Origin: Deinococcus sp.
GTDB lineage: Bacteria > Deinococcota > Deinococci > Deinococcales > Deinococcaceae
Assembly (NCBI GenBank): GCA_965261005.1
Contig: OZ253375.1
Coordinates: forward strand, 896,001 to 960,000
Direction: 5' to 3'
DNA: 64,000 bases
Shown piece by piece: positions 1-11,479 of this stretch. A program made the position numbers and the translations under genes. The notes under the pieces are model-generated. The model saw only the letters and a program-made list of their open reading frames with translations. It made no database searches and was not told where the DNA came from. Each line of letters begins with the position of its first letter. Position 1 is the first letter of the stretch.

Positions 1-36
1 CGCCACACTCCTGAACGCAGGCTCTAGAATCGGGCC

Positions 37-633
37 GTGGTCCTCATTGCGCTGCTTCTCTCGTATCTGCTGGGCAGCTTGCCGGCCGGCGCCTGGGTGA
101 CGCGGGCGCGCGGGGTGGACATTCGCGCGGTGGGCAGCGGCAACACCGGCGCGACCAACGTATTGCGCGCGCTGGGCTGGGGACCGGGGCTGCTGGTGGC
201 GCTGTTCGACGCCCTCAAGGGGGTGCTGGCGGTGCTGTTGGCGCGCGCCTTTTTGCACGACCCGCCGGTGGAGGCGTTGTGCGGCGCCCTGGCGGTGCTG
301 GGGCATAACTTCAGCGCTTTTTTGCGCTTTCGCGGCGGCAAGGGAGTGGCGACCTCGCTGGGCACCGTGCTGGTGATTGACCCCTTGGTGGGTCTCGCGG
401 CCACGCTGATCGGCGCCTTTTGCATCGGCATCACGCGCTTCGTGTCGGCGGGCAGCATGGTCGGCACGGTGGCGGCCGTCGTGCTGGCCGTGGTGCTGCG
501 GCGCCCCGCGTGGGAAATCGGCGTGGTCGTCTTTTTGGCGGCCCTCTTGATCTGGCAGCACCGGGGCAACTTGAGGCGGCTCCAAAGCGGCAGCGAGAAC
601 CGCTTTCTGGAAAAGAAGGAAAAGACCGTATGA
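37..633 (+). CDS. plsY: Glycerol-3-phosphate acyltransferase PlsY
   Basis: Motifs [28 protein letters not shown] and WQHRGN; multi-TM; TAGAAT 6 nt before the GTG. Confidence 0.95.
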   Translation: MVLIALLLSYLLGSLPAGAWVTRARGVDIRAVGSGNTGATNVLRALGWGPGLLVALFDALKGVLAVLLARAFLHDPPVEALCGALAVLGHNFSAFLRFRGGKGVATSLGTVLVIDPLVGLAATLIGAFCIGITRFVSAGSMVGTVAAVVLAVVLRRPAWEIGVVVFLAALLIWQHRGNLRRLQSGSENRFLEKKEKTV

Positions 634-1337
634 AGACGGTGTTCGGCGCGCTGGAACCCCTCTTCGCCCTGTGCCTGGCCCCCCACCCCGACGACGCCGA
701 GATCGGCGCGGGCGGCACGCTGATTCGCTTGGCGAGGGCGGGCAGAAAGGTGGGCGTGCTGGAGCTGACGCGCGGCGAGCGGGGGACGCTGGGCGACCCG
801 GACACGCGGGGGCGCGAGTGTGTCAGGGCCGCCGAGATCATGGGCCTCGCGTGGCGGGGGCAGTTGGGGCTGGAGGACGGCAACGTTCGTGACACCCCGG
901 GGGCGGCTCTAAAATTGGCCGCCGCCCTGCGCGCGCTGCGTCCCTCGCTGCTGCTCGCGCCGCACTCCACTGACCGCCACCCCGACCACGTGGGCGCTGC
1001 TCAGCTCGCCGCACGGGCCGTCCATTTGGCGGGCCTCGCCAAGGCCGACGTTCCCGGCGAGCCGCACAAGGTGGCGCGCACCCTGCTGTACCAAGGCAAC
1101 GCCCCCATGCAGCCGAGCGTGCTGGTTGACGTGGAGAGCGTGCTGGAAGAGTGGGAGGCCGCCATCCGCGCGCACGCCAGCCAATTTTCTGGCCGCGCCG
1201 TGTCCGAGACGGTCACACCCGAGGTGATCGAGCGGCGCCGGGCACGCCTCACCTACTGGGGCACCTTCGTGGGGCGCAAATATTGCGAGGCCTTCGCCAG
1301 CGAGGGGCCGCTGCTGCTGAACGTGGACGCCCTATAG
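630..1337 (+). CDS. bshB1: Bacillithiol biosynthesis deacetylase BshB1 (PIG-L family)
   Basis: PHPDDAE and DRHPDH motifs, AHASQF; ATG at 630 overlaps the plsY stop (ATGA). Confidence 0.85.
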   Translation: MKTVFGALEPLFALCLAPHPDDAEIGAGGTLIRLARAGRKVGVLELTRGERGTLGDPDTRGRECVRAAEIMGLAWRGQLGLEDGNVRDTPGAALKLAAALRALRPSLLLAPHSTDRHPDHVGAAQLAARAVHLAGLAKADVPGEPHKVARTLLYQGNAPMQPSVLVDVESVLEEWEAAIRAHASQFSGRAVSETVTPEVIERRRARLTYWGTFVGRKYCEAFASEGPLLLNVDAL

Positions 1338-1343
1338 AAAAGC

Positions 1344-1370
1344 AAAACCCCGCTTAACACGGGGTTTTCT
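1344..1370. terminator. Probable bidirectional intrinsic terminator between bshB1 and tRNA-Asn
   Basis: AAAACCCCG...CGGGGTTTT inverted repeat with A/T tails, between convergent genes. Confidence 0.7.
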
Positions 1371-1371
1371 T

Positions 1372-1446
1372 TGGCTCGGCAGGTAGGGATCGAACCTACG
1401 ACCATCCGATTAACAGTCGGACGCTCTACCGCTGAGCTACTGCCGA
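1372..1446 (-). tRNA. tRNA-Asn (GTT)
   Basis: Reverse complement TCGGCAGTAGCTCAGCGGTAGAGCGTCCGACTGTTAATCGGATGGTCGTAGGTTCGATCCCTACCTGCCGAGCCA folds as a cloverleaf; anticodon GTT; encoded CCA. Confidence 0.97.
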
Positions 1447-1507
1447 ACAAAGCCGCTTGGGCGGCGAAAAGAAGTGTAGCAAAGGGGCCTGGGGGGCGCA
1501 AGCCCGC

Positions 1508-2446
1508 TCAGGCTTCGGCGAACACGCCCAGGCTGCGAAAGCGCGTGGAACGGGCGGCGCGCAGCTGCTCCGGGCCGAAGGGAAGCAGCTCGCGCAAATG
1601 GCGCTCGATGGCGGCGCCCAGCAGGCGGGCCGCCGCCTCGGGGTCGAGGTGGGCGCCGCCCGGCGGCTCGGCCACCACCTCCTCCACGACGCCCAGGCGC
1701 CGGAGGTCGGGGGCGGTGAGCTGCATGGCCTCGGCCGCGCGGGGGGCCTCGGCGGCGTCGCGCCACAGGATGGTGGCGCAGCCTTCCGGGGAGATCACGC
1801 TGTACCAAGCGTTTTCCTGGATCAGCACCCGGTTGCCCACGCCCAGGGCCAGGGCGCCGCCCGAGCCACCCTCGCCAATGACGGCGCACACGACCGGCAC
1901 CCTCAGCCGCACCATGCGCTGAATGCACTCGGCGATGGCCCAGCCCTGGCCGCGCTCCTCGGCCTCGATGCCGGGGTAAGCGCCGGGGGTGTCAATTAGG
2001 GTGATGAGGGGCAAGTTGAACTTGTCGGCCAGGTCCATCAGGCGCACGGCCTTGCGGTAGCCCTCGGGGTTGCTCATGCCGAAGCGCCGCTTGATCTTGC
2101 TCTTGGTGTCGCGGCCCTTTTGCTGAAACAGCAGCATCACCGGCAAGCCGCCCAGGCGCGCCGGCCCGCCCAGCAGGGCCGGGTCATCGCCGTAGGCCCG
2201 GTCGCCGTGCAGCTCCACGAAGCCGCCGAACAGGCGCTCGACGTAATCGAGCGCGGTGGGCCGGCCAGGAGCGCGCGCGAGCTGCACCCGCTCCCAGCGG
2301 CCCAGCACGGGGGCGGCGCCCTTCAAGGCGGCCAGCTGTTCGCGCAGGGGGCGCAGCGCCTCGCCGAAGTCGGCCCCGGTCTCCCCCGCCAGCTGCTCCA
2401 GCTCACCGATGCGTTGCTCCAAGTCGTGCAGCGCGCGCCTGGTCAT
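1508..2446 (-). CDS. accA: Acetyl-CoA carboxylase carboxyltransferase alpha subunit
   Basis: [36 protein letters not shown]. Confidence 0.97.
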   Translation of the reverse strand: MTRRALHDLEQRIGELEQLAGETGADFGEALRPLREQLAALKGAAPVLGRWERVQLARAPGRPTALDYVERLFGGFVELHGDRAYGDDPALLGGPARLGGLPVMLLFQQKGRDTKSKIKRRFGMSNPEGYRKAVRLMDLADKFNLPLITLIDTPGAYPGIEAEERGQGWAIAECIQRMVRLRVPVVCAVIGEGGSGGALALGVGNRVLIQENAWYSVISPEGCATILWRDAAEAPRAAEAMQLTAPDLRRLGVVEEVVAEPPGGAHLDPEAAARLLGAAIERHLRELLPFGPEQLRAARSTRFRSLGVFAEA

Positions 2447-3321
2447 CGGTGGGCCTGCCGAACGGGCACGGGCGCGGGGCGCGCCGCCAGAAAGGTCGAG
2501 AGCAGGTTCGAGATCACCTCGCGCTGGTCCAGCCGGCTCAGCACCATGTCCACCATGCCGTGCTCCAGCAAGAATTCTGAGCGCTGAAAGCCCTCGGGTA
2601 AATTCTGGCGAATGGTCTGCTGAATCACGCGCGGCCCCGAAAAGCCGATGAGGGCGCCCGGCTCCGCCACGATCACGTCGGCAATGGTGGCAAAGGACGC
2701 CGTGACGCCCCCGGTGGTGGGGTCAGTCAGAATGCTGACGTAGGGAAGGCCGCGCCCCGCGAGGGTCTCCAGCGCCACGGTCGTCTTGGCCATCTGCATC
2801 AGCGACAAGACGCTCTCCTGCATTCTGGCCCCGCCCGAGGCGGCCACCAACACCAAGGGCAGCTCACGGTTGGCGGCGGCCTCGGCGGCGCGGGCGATCT
2901 CCTCGCCCACCACGCTGCCCATCGAGCCGCCCGAAAAGGCGAAGTCCATCACCGCCAGCATCAATGGCTGGCCCAGCATTTGCCCGCTGCCGGTCAGAAT
3001 GGCGTCCGGGCGCCCGGTCTTGTCTTGGGCGCGCCGCAGCCGCTCGGGGTACGGCTCGGTGTCCACGAAGCCGAGCGGGTCGAGCGGCGTGACGTGGCCG
3101 CTCAGCTGCGCGAAGCTGCCCGGGTCGAGCAGCGCCTCCACCCGCCGGCCCGCCTCCAAACGGTGGTGGTGGCCGCACTCGGGGCACACCTGCCAGTTGG
3201 CGTCGAGGTCGCGCTTGTACACGCTGGCCTTGCAGCCCGCACACTTGACCCACAGCTCGGGCACATCGCTTTCCGCAGACCGCTGAACCCTCTTGCGCCG
3301 GAAAAACTTGTCAATTGCCAT
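2443..3321 (-). CDS. accD: Acetyl-CoA carboxylase carboxyltransferase beta subunit
   Basis: LWVKC..C zinc finger, [27 protein letters not shown]; start taken at MAIDKFF. Confidence 0.97.
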   Translation of the reverse strand: MAIDKFFRRKRVQRSAESDVPELWVKCAGCKASVYKRDLDANWQVCPECGHHHRLEAGRRVEALLDPGSFAQLSGHVTPLDPLGFVDTEPYPERLRRAQDKTGRPDAILTGSGQMLGQPLMLAVMDFAFSGGSMGSVVGEEIARAAEAAANRELPLVLVAASGGARMQESVLSLMQMAKTTVALETLAGRGLPYVSILTDPTTGGVTASFATIADVIVAEPGALIGFSGPRVIQQTIRQNLPEGFQRSEFLLEHGMVDMVLSRLDQREVISNLLSTFLAARPAPVPVRQAHR

Positions 3322-3402
3322 TGGTCCGCACTCCCCCAATCGGTTTGCCCGTGCATTCTACAGGGCCGCCGGCCGGCGCAATCGAAGCCGAAATGAAGCC
3401 CA

Positions 3403-3858
3403 CTACAGCGGGCGCTCTGGGGCGTCACCGAAGCGGCGGCGCAACAGGTCGTCCAACTGGCCGATGTCGGCGGCCAATTCGTCGCGCACGCGGTCTAAGC
3501 GCGCGCTCAGCTGGCCCTCCAGGTTGCTTTCCAAGGTCACCAAGCGCTCTTGCAAATACCCCTGAAGCTGGGCGAAGCGGCTCCCCTCCTGCCGGTCGAG
3601 GGACGCGCGCAGCGCCTCCATCTCGCGCAGGGTGCGGGCGCTGTCGGCGCGGGCGCGCAAGTCGGCGTAGGCGGCCAGCAGGTAGAACAGCAGCGCAATG
3701 GTGGCCGCGAAGACCAGCAGCAGCAAGCCCAGCGGCAAGCTGGCGCTGGCCGTCCCGAAGTACACCGTGTGGGGAAACAGCAGGCCGTTCAGGTTGAAGC
3801 CCGCAAAGACCACCACTACGGCCAGCACGATCACCAGCACCACGACATTCAGCCTCAT
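3403..3858 (-). CDS. LapA/DUF1049-like membrane protein with C-terminal coiled coil
   Basis: Two N-terminal TM helices (LPLGLLLL) followed by a helical heptad region. Confidence 0.6.
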   Translation of the reverse strand: MRLNVVVLVIVLAVVVVFAGFNLNGLLFPHTVYFGTASASLPLGLLLLVFAATIALLFYLLAAYADLRARADSARTLREMEALRASLDRQEGSRFAQLQGYLQERLVTLESNLEGQLSARLDRVRDELAADIGQLDDLLRRRFGDAPERPL

Positions 3859-3875
3859 GAGAACCCCCGTCGCGC

Positions 3876-5156
3876 TCAGCTTATCAAACCGAGAATCAGC
3901 GGCGCGTCGGGGGGACGCTCGGCGGACAGTTCCACAGCGCCGCGCAGCAGCCCCGCCGCCTCGTCCACACCCTGATCCCGGTGGTACAGCCGGGCCAGCA
4001 CGTCGCCCGGCGCGACAGGATCGCCCAATTTGACCGGCAACTCCACCCCGACGCCGTGATCTATGGCCTCGCCTTTGCGCGTCCGGCCGCCGCCGAGGGC
4101 CAGCACCGCACGCCCCACCGCCAGGGCGTCCAAGCGCGACACGAAGCCGCCCGCCCCCGCGCGCAGCTCCAGCCGGCCGGGGGCCACGTCCAGCTTGTCC
4201 GGGTCGTCAACGTAGCTGGGGTCGCCCCCCTGAGCCGCCACAAAGGCGCGCAGCTTGCCGAGGGCCGCGCCACTTTCGATCACCCCTCTGGCGTCCGTTC
4301 CCGCATCGCCGCGCGCCAGCAGCGCTTCCCCGGCCAGGGCCAGACACAGCTCCAGCAGGTCCGGCGGCCCCTCGCCGCGCAGGGTCATGACTGCCTCGCG
4401 GACCTCCAAGCTGTTCCCGACGAAATGCCCCAACGGCACCGCCATGTCGGTGAGGAGGGCGCGCACCCGGCGGCCCGCGTGCGCGCCGATCTCGACCATC
4501 ACCCGCGCCAGCCGCGCGGCCTCCCCGGGCGTCTTCATAAAGGCGCCGCCTCCCACCTTCACGTCGAGGATAATGGTCTCCGCGCCCGCCGCCAGCTTTT
4601 TGGACATAATGCTCGACGCGATCAAGGGCAGGCTGTCCACCGTCGCCGTCACGTCGCGCAGGGCGTAGAGCAACCCGTCGGCGGGGGCCAAATTTTTTGA
4701 TTGTCCCACCAGCGCGAGGCCGATTTCGCGCGCCTGACGCAGAAAGGCAGCCTCGTCCAGCTCGGCGCGCCAGCCGGGAACGCTTTCGAGCTTGTCGATG
4801 GTGCCGCCGGTGTGCGCCAAGCCGCGCCCGCTCATCTTGGCGACCGTGAAGCCGAGCGCCGCCAGCATAGGGGCCAGCACCAAGGTGGTCTTGTCCCCCA
4901 CCCCCCCCGTCGAGTGCTTGTCCACCGTGTCCGGCAAATCCGAAAGGTCGAGCGTGTCGCCGCTCCCCGCCATCACCCCGGTCAGCCCCGCCGTCTCGCG
5001 CCCGCCCATGCCGCGCCAATACACCGCCATCAGCCAAGCGGCCATCTGGTAATCGGGAACCTCGCCGCGCGTGTAACCGCCGACCAAGGTTTCCAGCTCG
5101 GTGCGGCTGTGCTCAAGGCCGTCGCGCTTTTTCTGGATCAGCTCAGGAATGGTCAT
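3876..5156 (-). CDS. pdp: Pyrimidine-nucleoside/thymidine phosphorylase
   Basis: [34 protein letters not shown]. Confidence 0.95.
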   Translation of the reverse strand: MTIPELIQKKRDGLEHSRTELETLVGGYTRGEVPDYQMAAWLMAVYWRGMGGRETAGLTGVMAGSGDTLDLSDLPDTVDKHSTGGVGDKTTLVLAPMLAALGFTVAKMSGRGLAHTGGTIDKLESVPGWRAELDEAAFLRQAREIGLALVGQSKNLAPADGLLYALRDVTATVDSLPLIASSIMSKKLAAGAETIILDVKVGGGAFMKTPGEAARLARVMVEIGAHAGRRVRALLTDMAVPLGHFVGNSLEVREAVMTLRGEGPPDLLELCLALAGEALLARGDAGTDARGVIESGAALGKLRAFVAAQGGDPSYVDDPDKLDVAPGRLELRAGAGGFVSRLDALAVGRAVLALGGGRTRKGEAIDHGVGVELPVKLGDPVAPGDVLARLYHRDQGVDEAAGLLRGAVELSAERPPDAPLILGLIS

Positions 5157-5177
5157 GCGCCCGGCCTCTCGGCTTTC

Positions 5178-6128
5178 CTACTCGTACCCCAGCTCCCGCA
5201 ACGCCTCCTGGTCCTCGCGCCAATTGGGAATCACGATGACCTCCAGGCCCAGAAACACCTTGGTATTCAGAAACACTTCCAGCTGCTTGCGGGCCGCCTG
5301 ACCGATCTCGCCCAGCTGCTTGCCGCCCTTGCCGATCACCATCCCCTTGTGGGCCTGCTTCTCGACGATCAGCTCGGCCTCGATGCGCTGAAGGCCGTCC
5401 TGGCGCTCGGTCCAATTCGTGACGCGGGTGGCGACGGCGTAGGGCAGCTCGTCGCGCAGCTTCTTCATGGCCTCCTCGCGCACGATCTCGGCGGCCCACT
5501 GCTCGCGCGGCTGGTCGGACGCGGCGCCCTCCGGAAAGAAAAAGGGGTTCTCGGGCAGCAGGGCCAGGACGCGGGCGCGCAGGGCGTGGACGGCGGCGGG
5601 GTCGCTTTGGGCGCTCAAGGTCACGTCCTGCGTCTCGCCGGCGCGGCCTTCGAGGAGGGCCGCGTAGAGCTTCATGGCCTCGTCGGGGTACTTGGCGGCG
5701 TCCAGCTTGTTGCCGACCAGAATGAGGGGCTTAGGCAAATCGCGCACCGTGCGGGCGACCAGCTGATCCTCCTCGGTGGGCGGGTGGCGAAGGTCCACGA
5801 CCCACAAAATCAAGTCCACGTCCGATAAGGCGGAGTGGACCTCCTCGTTCATGTACTTGCCCAGGGCGTCCTTGGGCTTGTGCAGGCCAGGAGTGTCCAC
5901 AAAGACGATTTGGGTACCTTCAAAGCTGTAGATGCCGCGCACGCCGCGTCGGGTGGTCTGGGGCTTCGGCGAGATGGGCGCCACCTTGACGCCCAACATG
6001 CTGTTGAGCAGCGTGGACTTGCCCACGTTGGGCTTGCCAACGATGGCGACAAAGCCGGAATGTGTTGGGCCGGAGTGGGTTGTGGTGTGTTGGTCGGAGG
6101 TGGTCAGTTCGGAAGAACTATTTTGCAT
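5178..6128 (-). CDS. era: GTPase Era
   Basis: [24 protein letters not shown] domain VIGKGG. Confidence 0.97.
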   Translation of the reverse strand: MQNSSSELTTSDQHTTTHSGPTHSGFVAIVGKPNVGKSTLLNSMLGVKVAPISPKPQTTRRGVRGIYSFEGTQIVFVDTPGLHKPKDALGKYMNEEVHSALSDVDLILWVVDLRHPPTEEDQLVARTVRDLPKPLILVGNKLDAAKYPDEAMKLYAALLEGRAGETQDVTLSAQSDPAAVHALRARVLALLPENPFFFPEGAASDQPREQWAAEIVREEAMKKLRDELPYAVATRVTNWTERQDGLQRIEAELIVEKQAHKGMVIGKGGKQLGEIGQAARKQLEVFLNTKVFLGLEVIVIPNWREDQEALRELGYE

Positions 6129-6159
6129 AAGGGTTCATTGTGGCACGGGAATGAGGTCG

Positions 6160-6921
6160 TCAAGTGAACTGTTCGCCCGCCGGCGGCCAGCCCCGCGCCT
6201 CCAACGTCCCTGAGCGCAAGATCGGCTCCTCCGAGTAGGCGAAGGGCGAGTGCGCCCGTGACCAAGCCACCGCCGCGTCAATGTCGTAGGGGACGGCGCG
6301 GAAGTCGGGCGTCCAACGCTCCCCGCGCGCCTCCAAGAGGGTCCAGCGCGCCCGCGGATCGCCGTCCACCTGGTCCGAGACGGCGCCGACGTTCACGACC
6401 AGCGTATCCCCCGCCCGCGTCGCCCCCGCCCGGTGGGTGTGGCCGCACAGCACCACCTGAGCGTTCAGGGGTTCGACGATGGCCCGCAGTTCGCGCGGGT
6501 CACGCGCCCGGTACGCCTCGCCGGCATATCCCCACAGCAGCGACGTCCAGGCAGACTCGGGCGTGCCGTGGCAGGCGAAGACCCGGCCCTGCGCGCAGAT
6601 TGCTGTCAGCGGGAGGGCGGCCAAGCGGGCCAGCTCTTCAGCCTTCAGCTGCGTTTCCAGAAACGCCTGAAAACGCCTGCCCAGCTCGTCGCGGCGCCCG
6701 CCCGGCCACAGCTTCTCGTCGTTGTTGCCGCGCACCTCGGCGGCGTTCAGGTCGGCCTGAAGCTGGTACGCCAGGGCCGGGTTGGCGCTGCCCTCGATCT
6801 GGTCGCCGAGGTTGACGATGAGATCGGGGGCGGCGCGTGTGATGTCCGCCAGAACAGCTTGTAAGGCGTAAGTATTCCCGTGAACGTCGGAGATGACGGC
6901 GATTCTCAAATCGGTGGCCAC
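6160..6921 (-). CDS. Metallophosphoesterase family protein
   Basis: SDVHGN, NLGD, RGN, HG and GHTH motifs. Confidence 0.9.
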   Translation of the reverse strand: MATDLRIAVISDVHGNTYALQAVLADITRAAPDLIVNLGDQIEGSANPALAYQLQADLNAAEVRGNNDEKLWPGGRRDELGRRFQAFLETQLKAEELARLAALPLTAICAQGRVFACHGTPESAWTSLLWGYAGEAYRARDPRELRAIVEPLNAQVVLCGHTHRAGATRAGDTLVVNVGAVSDQVDGDPRARWTLLEARGERWTPDFRAVPYDIDAAVAWSRAHSPFAYSEEPILRSGTLEARGWPPAGEQFT

Positions 6922-6924
6922 AGC

Positions 6925-7452
6925 TCAGCCCGCTTGCGCCGCTTGGTGCAGCGCGAGCGCCAACGCTCTCACATGCTCGGGAACGTCTTTGTCGGCCAAA
7001 AAGGCGGGCACGCCGTAGCGCGACAACAACTCCGCGCCGCGCGGCAGGCCCTGTTCCAATCGCCACGGCTCGGCGTAGGGGGTCAGGTAGACCACCCGCG
7101 ACAGCTTTCCCTTGTGCCGCAGCAAGCGCCGCGCGCACAAGTCGCATGGCTCGTGCGTCACGAAGACGCTGTGGGTCTCGCCCTCGGCCCACTCGGCGCC
7201 ACCGACCGCGTTGTCCTCGGCGTGCAGGTAGCCGCTCCGGCCCACCTCGCCCGACTCGCGGCCCTCGGCCTCACCGGGGGCGAGGCCGTTGTAGCCCAGG
7301 CTGGCGACCTTGCGGGTCCCGTCGCTGACGATGGCACAGCCGACCTTGTGCTTGGGGTCGGTGGAGCGCTGCGCGATCAGCAGGGCCAGCGCCATGCCCA
7401 CGGTGTCCCAATCGGGGCGGCTCGGGTCGGGGCGGCTTTCCAAAAAAGTCAT
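6925..7452 (-). CDS. dCMP deaminase-like zinc-dependent deaminase
   Basis: KVGCAI, GYNG, HAE and PCDLC motifs; start MTFLES. Confidence 0.85.
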   Translation of the reverse strand: MTFLESRPDPSRPDWDTVGMALALLIAQRSTDPKHKVGCAIVSDGTRKVASLGYNGLAPGEAEGRESGEVGRSGYLHAEDNAVGGAEWAEGETHSVFVTHEPCDLCARRLLRHKGKLSRVVYLTPYAEPWRLEQGLPRGAELLSRYGVPAFLADKDVPEHVRALALALHQAAQAG

Positions 7453-7478
7453 GCCGCAGTTTCGCCCAAAAGATGAAC

Positions 7479-7608
7479 TCATACGAACTTAAGATGAGTC
7501 GAAGACGAATCCGAGCAGAGCGAGTAGAAGAGAGTACGGGATGGCGACGATGGAAAGCTATGTTGGTGCTTTCCCAGCATAGCTTGGAATCAAAGCAATC
7601 CCGTATTA
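7479..7608 (+). repeat. 130-bp structured intergenic repeat, copy 1 (Deinococcus SNR-like)
   Basis: About 119/130 identical to the reverse complement of 54846-54975; ends TCATACG / CGTATTA; internal hairpins. Confidence 0.9.
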
Positions 7609-7947
7609 GAACACGTCTTCGAGGTGCAGCAACTCTCCTGAAAGCGGCGCCCCCGAGATCGCCACCACGTCGAAGCGGCAAGGGACGTCCTCGGTCCCGT
7701 AATTCTTGTGCAAATACAGGCGCGCGACCCGGCGCAGCAGTTCCGCCTTGCGCGGGGTGACGCTTTCGAGCGGGTAGCCGTGGGAAAGTCGGGCGCGTTG
7801 CTTGACCTCGGTGAACACGACTGCCGCGCCGTCGCGGGTGATCAGGTCTAGTTCGCCACCGCGCACCCGGAAATTGCGCGCCAAGAGAACGTGCCCGCGC
7901 GACAGCAAATGGGCCAAGGCGCGGTCCTCGGCGTCGGCTCCCTTCAA
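7606..7947 (-). CDS. yraN: YraN/UPF0102 family predicted endonuclease
   Basis: G..AE..A, RNFR..GGELDLI, FTEVK.R, RFDVVAI. Confidence 0.9.
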   Translation of the reverse strand: MKGADAEDRALAHLLSRGHVLLARNFRVRGGELDLITRDGAAVVFTEVKQRARLSHGYPLESVTPRKAELLRRVARLYLHKNYGTEDVPCRFDVVAISGAPLSGELLHLEDVF

Positions 7948-7953
7948 GTGTGG

Positions 7954-8733
7954 CTATACGTCCTTGCGCTCGAAGGCGAACAGGGCGACCAAACCGAAGC
8001 CGAACGTGTAAATGGTCAGCAGGACCAGCGACTCGCCCAGCGCGGCGCGGTCTTGGCGCAGGTAGGCGTCGAGGTGCGAGGTCAGCAGCAGCGTCTGGAA
8101 CTTGAGGGGAAACACCACCAAGAGACGCATCAGCAGCAGGGCGGCGATGGTGCCCAGGGCGGCGGCGGCGGTGTTGAGGTAGCCCACCGCGAACAGCAGC
8201 GCGAGGGCCGCGATGGGCAACATGGTCAGCCACGCCAAGCCGAAGCCGCGCAGCAGCTCCGTGGCGGCCCCGCCCGGCGTCAGCAACCCCTGCCCCACCC
8301 AGGCGCCCGGCCCCAAACCCGTGCCGCCCGCGAACTCGCCGTACCCCAGCCGCGCCCCGGCCAGCAGGCCCGACAGCAGCAACACGCCGAGCAGCAGGGC
8401 CGGATAGATCAGCGCCGCCAGCAGCTTGACGCCCATCAGCTTGGAGCGGCTGACGGGGCGCAGCAGCAGCGGGGCCAAGGTGCCGGCGGCGACCTCGGAC
8501 CCGATCAGCTCGGCCGAGGTCACGGCGATGAAGATGGGCAGCAGAAACTGCGCCGCCGTGACGAGGGCGAGGGCCGGCACCTGCCACGCGCTCACCAGGG
8601 TCAGGTTGTACACCTCCGGCAAGCGCGGCGCGAAGCTCCACAACCACGGCAACACCGCGCACACGCTCAGCGCCAGCCACACCGAGCGAAAGCTCAGCAG
8701 CTTGCGCTCTTCCAGCCACAGCAGGCTCAGCAC
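7954..8733 (-). CDS. ABC-2 type transporter permease
   Basis: Six TM segments; E...GTL..LL.RPVSR motif; next to an ATPase gene. Confidence 0.85.
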   Translation of the reverse strand: MLSLLWLEERKLLSFRSVWLALSVCAVLPWLWSFAPRLPEVYNLTLVSAWQVPALALVTAAQFLLPIFIAVTSAELIGSEVAAGTLAPLLLRPVSRSKLMGVKLLAALIYPALLLGVLLLSGLLAGARLGYGEFAGGTGLGPGAWVGQGLLTPGGAATELLRGFGLAWLTMLPIAALALLFAVGYLNTAAAALGTIAALLLMRLLVVFPLKFQTLLLTSHLDAYLRQDRAALGESLVLLTIYTFGFGLVALFAFERKDV

Positions 8734-8734
8734 C

Positions 8735-9697
8735 TCAGGCCTCCAGCCGTTCGCGGTAATACTCGTACAAATCGAACAAATCGGGGGCGGCCTCGTACAC
8801 CCGCACGCCCTCGGAGATCAGGCACGCGAGGGCCTCCGGCACGGCGGCCTCGCCGCTCAGCTCGAAGACGGCGTAAGGGGGGCGCAGCGAGGCGCGCGTG
8901 ACAAAAGGCTGTCCCTCCAGCGCCCACACGGCGCGCGCCGGGTCGTCCACCCGAAAGCGGTAGGCGCTGTGGCGCGCGGTCAGGTCGAGGGTGTCCACCA
9001 TGCGCCCGCCGCTCAGAATACCGACGGTGTGGGCGTAGCCGGCGATCTCGCGCAGGTGGTGGCTGGAGAGGATCACGGCGCCGCCGCCCGCCGCGTGGTC
9101 CGCCACCACCCGGTGAATCAGCGAGATGCCCAGCGGATCGAGGCCGCTGGTCGGCTCGTCGAGGATCAGGACCTTGGGTTCGGCCAGAATGGCGGCGGCC
9201 ACCCCCAGGCGCTGGCGCTGACCGAGGGAGTATTCCCGCACCCGCCGTCCCCCCATGCTGGTCAGCTCGACCAGGGCCAGCACCTCGCGCACCCGCGCCG
9301 ATCCCACCCGCGCGGCGCCGCGTCCCTGGGCGGCCAAGCGGGCGTGCAAGTGGAGGTTCTCGCTGCCGGTCAGGCGCGGGTAGAACTTGGCCGGCGCCTC
9401 CACCACGGCCCCGAGCAGGGCGCGTGCCCGGCTTCCCTCCTCGTGAACGTCGCGCCCGAGCAGGCGCACCTCGCCGGCCGTGGGAAAGGCCAGGCCGGTC
9501 ATGCAGCGGATCAGGGTGGTCTTGCCGGCCCCGTTGGGGCCGGTCAGGGCGAAGACCTCGCCGGGCCGCACCGTCAAGTTCACCCCGTCGAGCACAACCG
9601 TCCGCCCGTAGCGCTTGCCCAGGGCGCGCACGGCCAGGGCCGGCACCTTTTCGTCGCCGAGGGCGGCCACCATGCGCGTTCGCAGTTCTTGCAACAC
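8735..9697 (-). CDS. ABC transporter ATP-binding protein
   Basis: [20 protein letters not shown]-loop; true start may be the ATG at 9673. Confidence 0.92.
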   Translation of the reverse strand: MLQELRTRMVAALGDEKVPALAVRALGKRYGRTVVLDGVNLTVRPGEVFALTGPNGAGKTTLIRCMTGLAFPTAGEVRLLGRDVHEEGSRARALLGAVVEAPAKFYPRLTGSENLHLHARLAAQGRGAARVGSARVREVLALVELTSMGGRRVREYSLGQRQRLGVAAAILAEPKVLILDEPTSGLDPLGISLIHRVVADHAAGGGAVILSSHHLREIAGYAHTVGILSGGRMVDTLDLTARHSAYRFRVDDPARAVWALEGQPFVTRASLRPPYAVFELSGEAAVPEALACLISEGVRVYEAAPDLFDLYEYYRERLEA

Positions 9698-9840
9698 ATC
9701 TTACTTTAACAATACATAAAGAAAAGGGCCGCGAAAACTTCACGTGTCTTTTCGAGCCTTTTTCCCTCAGCCCTGTTCCCTTCGGCAAAACGGGCGGGCC
9801 TTTATCACAGCCTCACATTGCTAACACGTTAGACTGAGGC

Positions 9841-11001
9841 GTGATGTTCACCGACCCGTTCGACGCGACCGTCGCCCTGATCTTCGCGGTGCTGGGCGCC
9901 CTGATCGGCTCGTTTTCCAACGTTCTGATCTACCGCCTGCCGAGGGGGGAGTCGGTCGCCTTTCCGCCGTCGCGCTGCCCAAACTGTGGCCGGCGCTTGG
10001 GAGCGCTCGACCTCGTGCCGGTGCTGTCGTGGGCGGCGCTGGGGGGCAGGTGCCGGGGCTGCCGCTCGCCCATCTCTTGGCGCTATCCGCTGGTGGAGCT
10101 GTTGACGGCGCTGGGCTACGGGCTGCTCGCCATCCTGTTTCCGTGGTCGAGGGTGGGCGTCAGCTTGCTGGGGCTGTGCTTTTTGTTCACGGCCCTGCTG
10201 GTGATCGCTTTCATAGACGCCGAGACGCGCACCATTCCCGACAGCGTGGTGCTGCCCGGCGTGGCGCTGGGCCTCGGCCTGGGCCTCGTGAACGCGCGCA
10301 GCGGCGCCAGCCTGAGCGGCCTGCCAAGCTTTTCGGGGGCGCTGTCGGGGGCGCTGCTCGGCAGCGGCATCATCGCCCTGATCGCGCTGTACGGCGAACT
10401 CGCCCTGCGGCGCGGGCGCGAGCGCAAATACCCGGAATTTCCGGTCAGCTACCAGCAGGTGGCCCTGGCGGCCCTGGCGGGCGCTTGGCTGGGCGTGGGG
10501 TGGGGCGTCGCGCTGGGCGTGCTGGCCGCGCTGGTCAACCTGCTCGCGCGCCGCGCCGTGCGCCTGCCCGAGACCCTGCTGCTGCTGGCCCTGCTCATCT
10601 CCCTCGTGCTGGGCGCCTCCGGCGTGGGGCCGGGCGTGATCGGCATGGCGCAGGGCGCCATCGCGGCGGCGGGGGGCATGAGCCTGCTCGCCGCGCTGTA
10701 CTGGTGGACCCAGCCGGACGACACGGAAGAGGACAGCGAGGCCGACTACGACCCGGTGGCGATGGGCTTTGGCGACGTGAAACTGGCCGGCCTGATGGGC
10801 GCCTTTATCGGCCTGAGCGGGGTGATCGTGTCCCTGGGGGTGGCGGTGCTGGCCGGCGCCCTGATCGGCGTGGTCATTTTGCTGCTCAAGCGCGATAACC
10901 GGGTGCCCTTTGGGCCATACCTGGCCGTGGGCGCCTTGGTCACGCTGATGTTCGGCGCGCAGATCATGCAGGCCGTCAAGGGGCTGTACGGTCTGAGCTG
11001 A
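9841..11001 (+). CDS. pilD: Prepilin peptidase / N-methyltransferase (A24)
   Basis: GSF.NV.IYR, CPNC/CRGC, IDA, MGFGDVKL, PFGPYL. Confidence 0.92.
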   Translation: MMFTDPFDATVALIFAVLGALIGSFSNVLIYRLPRGESVAFPPSRCPNCGRRLGALDLVPVLSWAALGGRCRGCRSPISWRYPLVELLTALGYGLLAILFPWSRVGVSLLGLCFLFTALLVIAFIDAETRTIPDSVVLPGVALGLGLGLVNARSGASLSGLPSFSGALSGALLGSGIIALIALYGELALRRGRERKYPEFPVSYQQVALAALAGAWLGVGWGVALGVLAALVNLLARRAVRLPETLLLLALLISLVLGASGVGPGVIGMAQGAIAAAGGMSLLAALYWWTQPDDTEEDSEADYDPVAMGFGDVKLAGLMGAFIGLSGVIVSLGVAVLAGALIGVVILLLKRDNRVPFGPYLAVGALVTLMFGAQIMQAVKGLYGLS

Positions 11002-11020
11002 GCAACCCCACCCAGCAACC

Positions 11021-11479
11021 TCAGCTGGCGGCGCTCGGCTCCTCTTTGCCGCCCTTGCCCTCCACCTGGTTTTGGATGGACTGAAGCGCCTTGTCGAGGC
11101 CCTCCTGAATCTGCCCCTCGTCGGGACCCTCGCCCGGTACCGGCACGTTGGCGGACTGCTGGGGACTCGGGCCGAAGTGCAAATGGACCGTCACCTGCGA
11201 GGCGCCGTCCCCGTCGGGCTTCACCTCCAGCCAACCCGAGTAGTCGAACTCGAAGTCCGACCCCCATTCGAGGCGTTTGCCCGCCTGATCCTGTTTGAAG
11301 CGGCCGTCCCCCTCGTAGCGGTGGCCGTTCGCCTCGCCCTGAAGCTGCACCCGCTCCCCTTCCTGCGGCTGGGCGCTCTTGGTGGTCGGCAGGTACTTGG
11401 GCAAATTGCGCACGTCGGACACAAAGGCGAAAACTTGGTCGGGCGAGGCCTGCACGCGCGTGGACTTCTCGAACTCCAT
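11021..11479 (-). CDS. SRPBCC (polyketide cyclase-like) family protein
   Basis: V.ASPDQVFAFVSD..NLPKY pattern. Confidence 0.75.
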   Translation of the reverse strand: MEFEKSTRVQASPDQVFAFVSDVRNLPKYLPTTKSAQPQEGERVQLQGEANGHRYEGDGRFKQDQAGKRLEWGSDFEFDYSGWLEVKPDGDGASQVTVHLHFGPSPQQSANVPVPGEGPDEGQIQEGLDKALQSIQNQVEGKGGKEEPSAAS

